Below are positions 61,645 through 64,000 of a DNA stretch of 64,000 nt, piece after piece. Both the position numbers and the translations under genes were made by a program. This stretch comes from Chrysemys picta bellii (Eukaryota): NCBI RefSeq assembly GCF_011386835.1, contig NC_088798.1, positions 41,044,001-41,108,000 on the forward strand, read 5' to 3'. The notes below the pieces were generated by a model that searched no databases, was not told where the DNA came from, and saw nothing but the letters and a program-made list of their open reading frames with translations. Each line of letters opens with the position of its first letter. The first letter of the stretch is position 1.

Positions 61645-62214
61645 CAGGGCCGGCTCTAGGCACCAGCAAAACAAGCTGGTGCTTGGGGTGGCACATTTTT
61701 AGGGGCGGCATGGCCGGCGCCAGAATGCCGCCCCTAAAAATATGCCCCGGCCGCCCTAGCTCACGTCCGCTGCTGCTGCCACGGTGTGCGAAACAGCTGA
61801 TTCGCGCGCCACTACTTGCCCTCCCTCCCAGGCTCTCAAACCTGGGAGGGAGGGGGAGATCCCGAGCGGCCATTTCGCGCGCCGCTGCTCCCCCTCCCTC
61901 CCAGGCTTGGGCGCCTGGGAGGGCGCGGGAGAAGCGGCACCCACGCCACGGCCACTCAGAGTCTCCCCCTCCCTCCCAGGCTCTAAAACCTGGGGGGGGG
62001 GGAGACTCCGAGTGGCCGCGGCGCAGCGCCGCTTCTCCCCCTTCCTCCCTCCCTCCCTCCCTCCTAGGCTTGAGAGCCTCGCGGGAGGAGGCAGGGCTGG
62101 GGATTTGGGGAAGGGGTGGAGTTGAGGCGGGGCCGGAGGTGGGGTAATTAAATAAGGGGGGGGCAGCCAAAATTGTTTTTGCTTTGGGCGGCAAAAATCC
62201 TAGAGACGGCCCTG
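61645..62214. mobile_element. GC/CpG-rich hAT MITE, 570 bp
   Basis: TIRs CAGGGCCGGCTCTAGG / CCTAGAGACGGCCCTG with a perfect TSD TTCAGGGC (61637-61644, 62215-62222). Internal CCCTCCCTCCCAGG / CCTGGGAGGG inverted repeats. Confidence 0.92.
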
Positions 62215-63159
62215 TTCAGGGCTATACTCTTGCAATTCTGTAGTGAGTCATGTGTTGTTTGGTGTATTTCCTAAAGCCCCAAGCTCCTAAATTGATGAGA
62301 TAGCATGAGAATCTCAGGTTTAAAAACAAAACAAACAAACAAACAAACAAAAAAGTAGCCCACGTTCCATTTTTGCAGAGAAAAACTTGAAAATGTGGCA
62401 AGTGCAACCTAAAGTGAGGAAAGTCTCAAAAACCAGAAAGCAAACACCCCCTACCCCCCCAAAAATCATTACTTTTATAAAATCTCATGATTTTTAAGCC
62501 AGTCACGTGATATTTTGTGGCATGACACCTGATTTTTTAATGTTTATCATTGTCAATACTGCATTGGAAATTGGAGGTGGGTGCCTAGTTCCCCTGGTCT
62601 CCCACAGAGAATCAAATCCTCAAAAGGTATGTAGATGCCTAACTCCTACTGAAATCGGTCTTGTTCTAATTGTGCAAGGTGCATATGTAGATTTTTTTTA
62701 AATCAATATTAACTCTTTTTACAGTATATCATGTTATGTGCTAACATTGTGTGATAACCTAGGGACAGACTGCACTGAGGATGGAGTGAAAAATTTCTGC
62801 CAACACTTCCGCATGTGAGTAACTTTACTTATGGGATTAATTCCATTGACATCATTGGGACTGCTCATGGGAGTAAGTGTTGGCAGGATCAGATCAATAG
62901 TTCTTAATTGTCATCCATCTGGGATTAAAAATCAACCTATTAATGTTATTTCACCATAGTTCTTTGTATTGACAGAGAAAATAATGGCTCACAGCCAAGC
63001 GAGATAAAAGACTGCCATTGTTAGCATCTCTACAGAATGGAGCTTGATGGAGAAACTGGGGAATTGCCTTGGCAATACAAAGCATTGGAAGGTCTTTACT
63101 TTTGTGTTTTTGTACAGACATACTTGATAACATATATAAAAAGTCATGTTCATAGGCAT

Positions 63160-63378
63160 CAGGGCCGGCTCCAGGGTTTTGGCTGCCACAAGCAGCCAAA
63201 AAAAAAAAAAAAAAGCCACGATCACGATCTGCGGCAGCAATTCGGCGGAAAGTCCTTCACTCCAAGCGGGAGTGAGGGACCGACCGCCAAATTGCCGCCG
63301 AATAGCTGGACGTGCCGCCCCTCTCCGGAGCGGCCGCCCCAAGCACCTGCTTGCCCCAAGAACCTGGAGCCGGCCCTA
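63160..63378. mobile_element. hAT MITE, 219 bp
   Basis: TIRs CAGGGCCGGCTCCAGG / CCTGGAGCCGGCCCTA with a perfect TSD ATAGGCAT (63152-63159, 63379-63386). Confidence 0.92.
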
Positions 63379-63797
63379 ATAGGCATAGAATCCTTTAATT
63401 CTATGCCTTTCTAGTGTGTTTAGTCACAACACTTAACTTGATGGGGTGGGGAAATTTGTTTGGAAAATATGGCCACGTAAAGATAAAATATAAATAATAA
63501 AACTTCTCACTTACATGCTCTACCAGTATTAACTATGCAGTAATGGTAGCAATTATTTAATGGCCTTAAGGCTCAATCCATCCCCCATTAAAGGCAATGG
63601 AAACAATTCCTTTGACTTCAATGGGAGCCTGTCAGGTGCTCAACAACTGAAGACAGATGAGTTCATGAGTCATTGATTGAGCTGAGTGACCACTTCTATA
63701 AGAATTTATTGGTATTTCTGAATGAATTTACTTGGCTGTGTTCTTACCCTACTATTTTCACTTTTGCCAAAATTTGTGGTATTGAACTTTAGGGGAT

Positions 63798-64000
63798 TGT
63801 GAAGGGTTGGATTACAGAAACCCCCTTGGGAACTGCCACCTGATATGCTGGGACAACCTCTAAGCCCATTTTTCCTGGCAGCTTGGGACTTCAGAGCCCT
63901 GCCTGGTTGTGCCAGACACGCTAGCCTGCTACAAACACAGACCCTGAACCACATCCTCTAAAAGCTGCAGGCTTAACTGAAAACAGCTTAAGAAGTGCTC
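63798..64000 (+). mobile_element. 5' part of a Gypsy-like LTR running off the window edge
   Basis: TGTGAAGGGTTGGATTACAGAAACCCCCTTGGGAACTGCCACCTGAT... resembles the start of a common turtle LTR as I recall it. The 3' end and TSD are outside the window. Confidence 0.65.

Noticed and set aside
61508-62194. 228-aa, 173-aa and 113-aa overlapping ORFs
   Set aside because: They lie within a GC-rich hAT MITE, where stop codons are scarce because of base composition.
1-64000. Prokaryotic-type systems (operons, CRISPR arrays, defence islands), rRNA or functional tRNA genes
   Set aside because: The sequence is vertebrate nuclear DNA. There is no regularly spaced repeat-spacer array, no rRNA similarity, and tRNA-like motifs occur only as degenerate SINE-type heads.

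Overview
This is AT-rich vertebrate genomic DNA, almost certainly turtle: it carries a tRNA-head/CR1-tail SINE of the tortoise PolIII type and turtle-style CR1, hAT, Harbinger, Penelope and LTR repeats. It looks intronic or intergenic. I could not recognise any host protein-coding gene, and most ORFs in the supplied track are chance frames or lie inside repeats. The main structure is a complete but decayed 4.7-kb PIF/Harbinger transposon (41994-46704, TCA target duplication). It encodes a frameshifted HARBI1-like DDE transposase (+) and a spliced Myb/SANT gene (-). The Myb intron contains what looks like a complete third mini-gene on the opposite strand (ATG-ending exon, GT-AG intron, ~100-codon exon, AATAAA), which is the most interesting candidate novelty. 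The window also holds four solo LTRs with 5-bp TSDs, many hAT MITEs with 8-bp TSDs (including nested and tandem insertions), a Penelope-derived 118-bp palindrome, a four-level nest (DNA element > Tx1 LINE > CR1 > solo LTR), an unexplained 24-bp stem, and several low-confidence candidate exons. Repeat family names come from terminal, TSD and protein motifs and from remembered family features, not from a database search.
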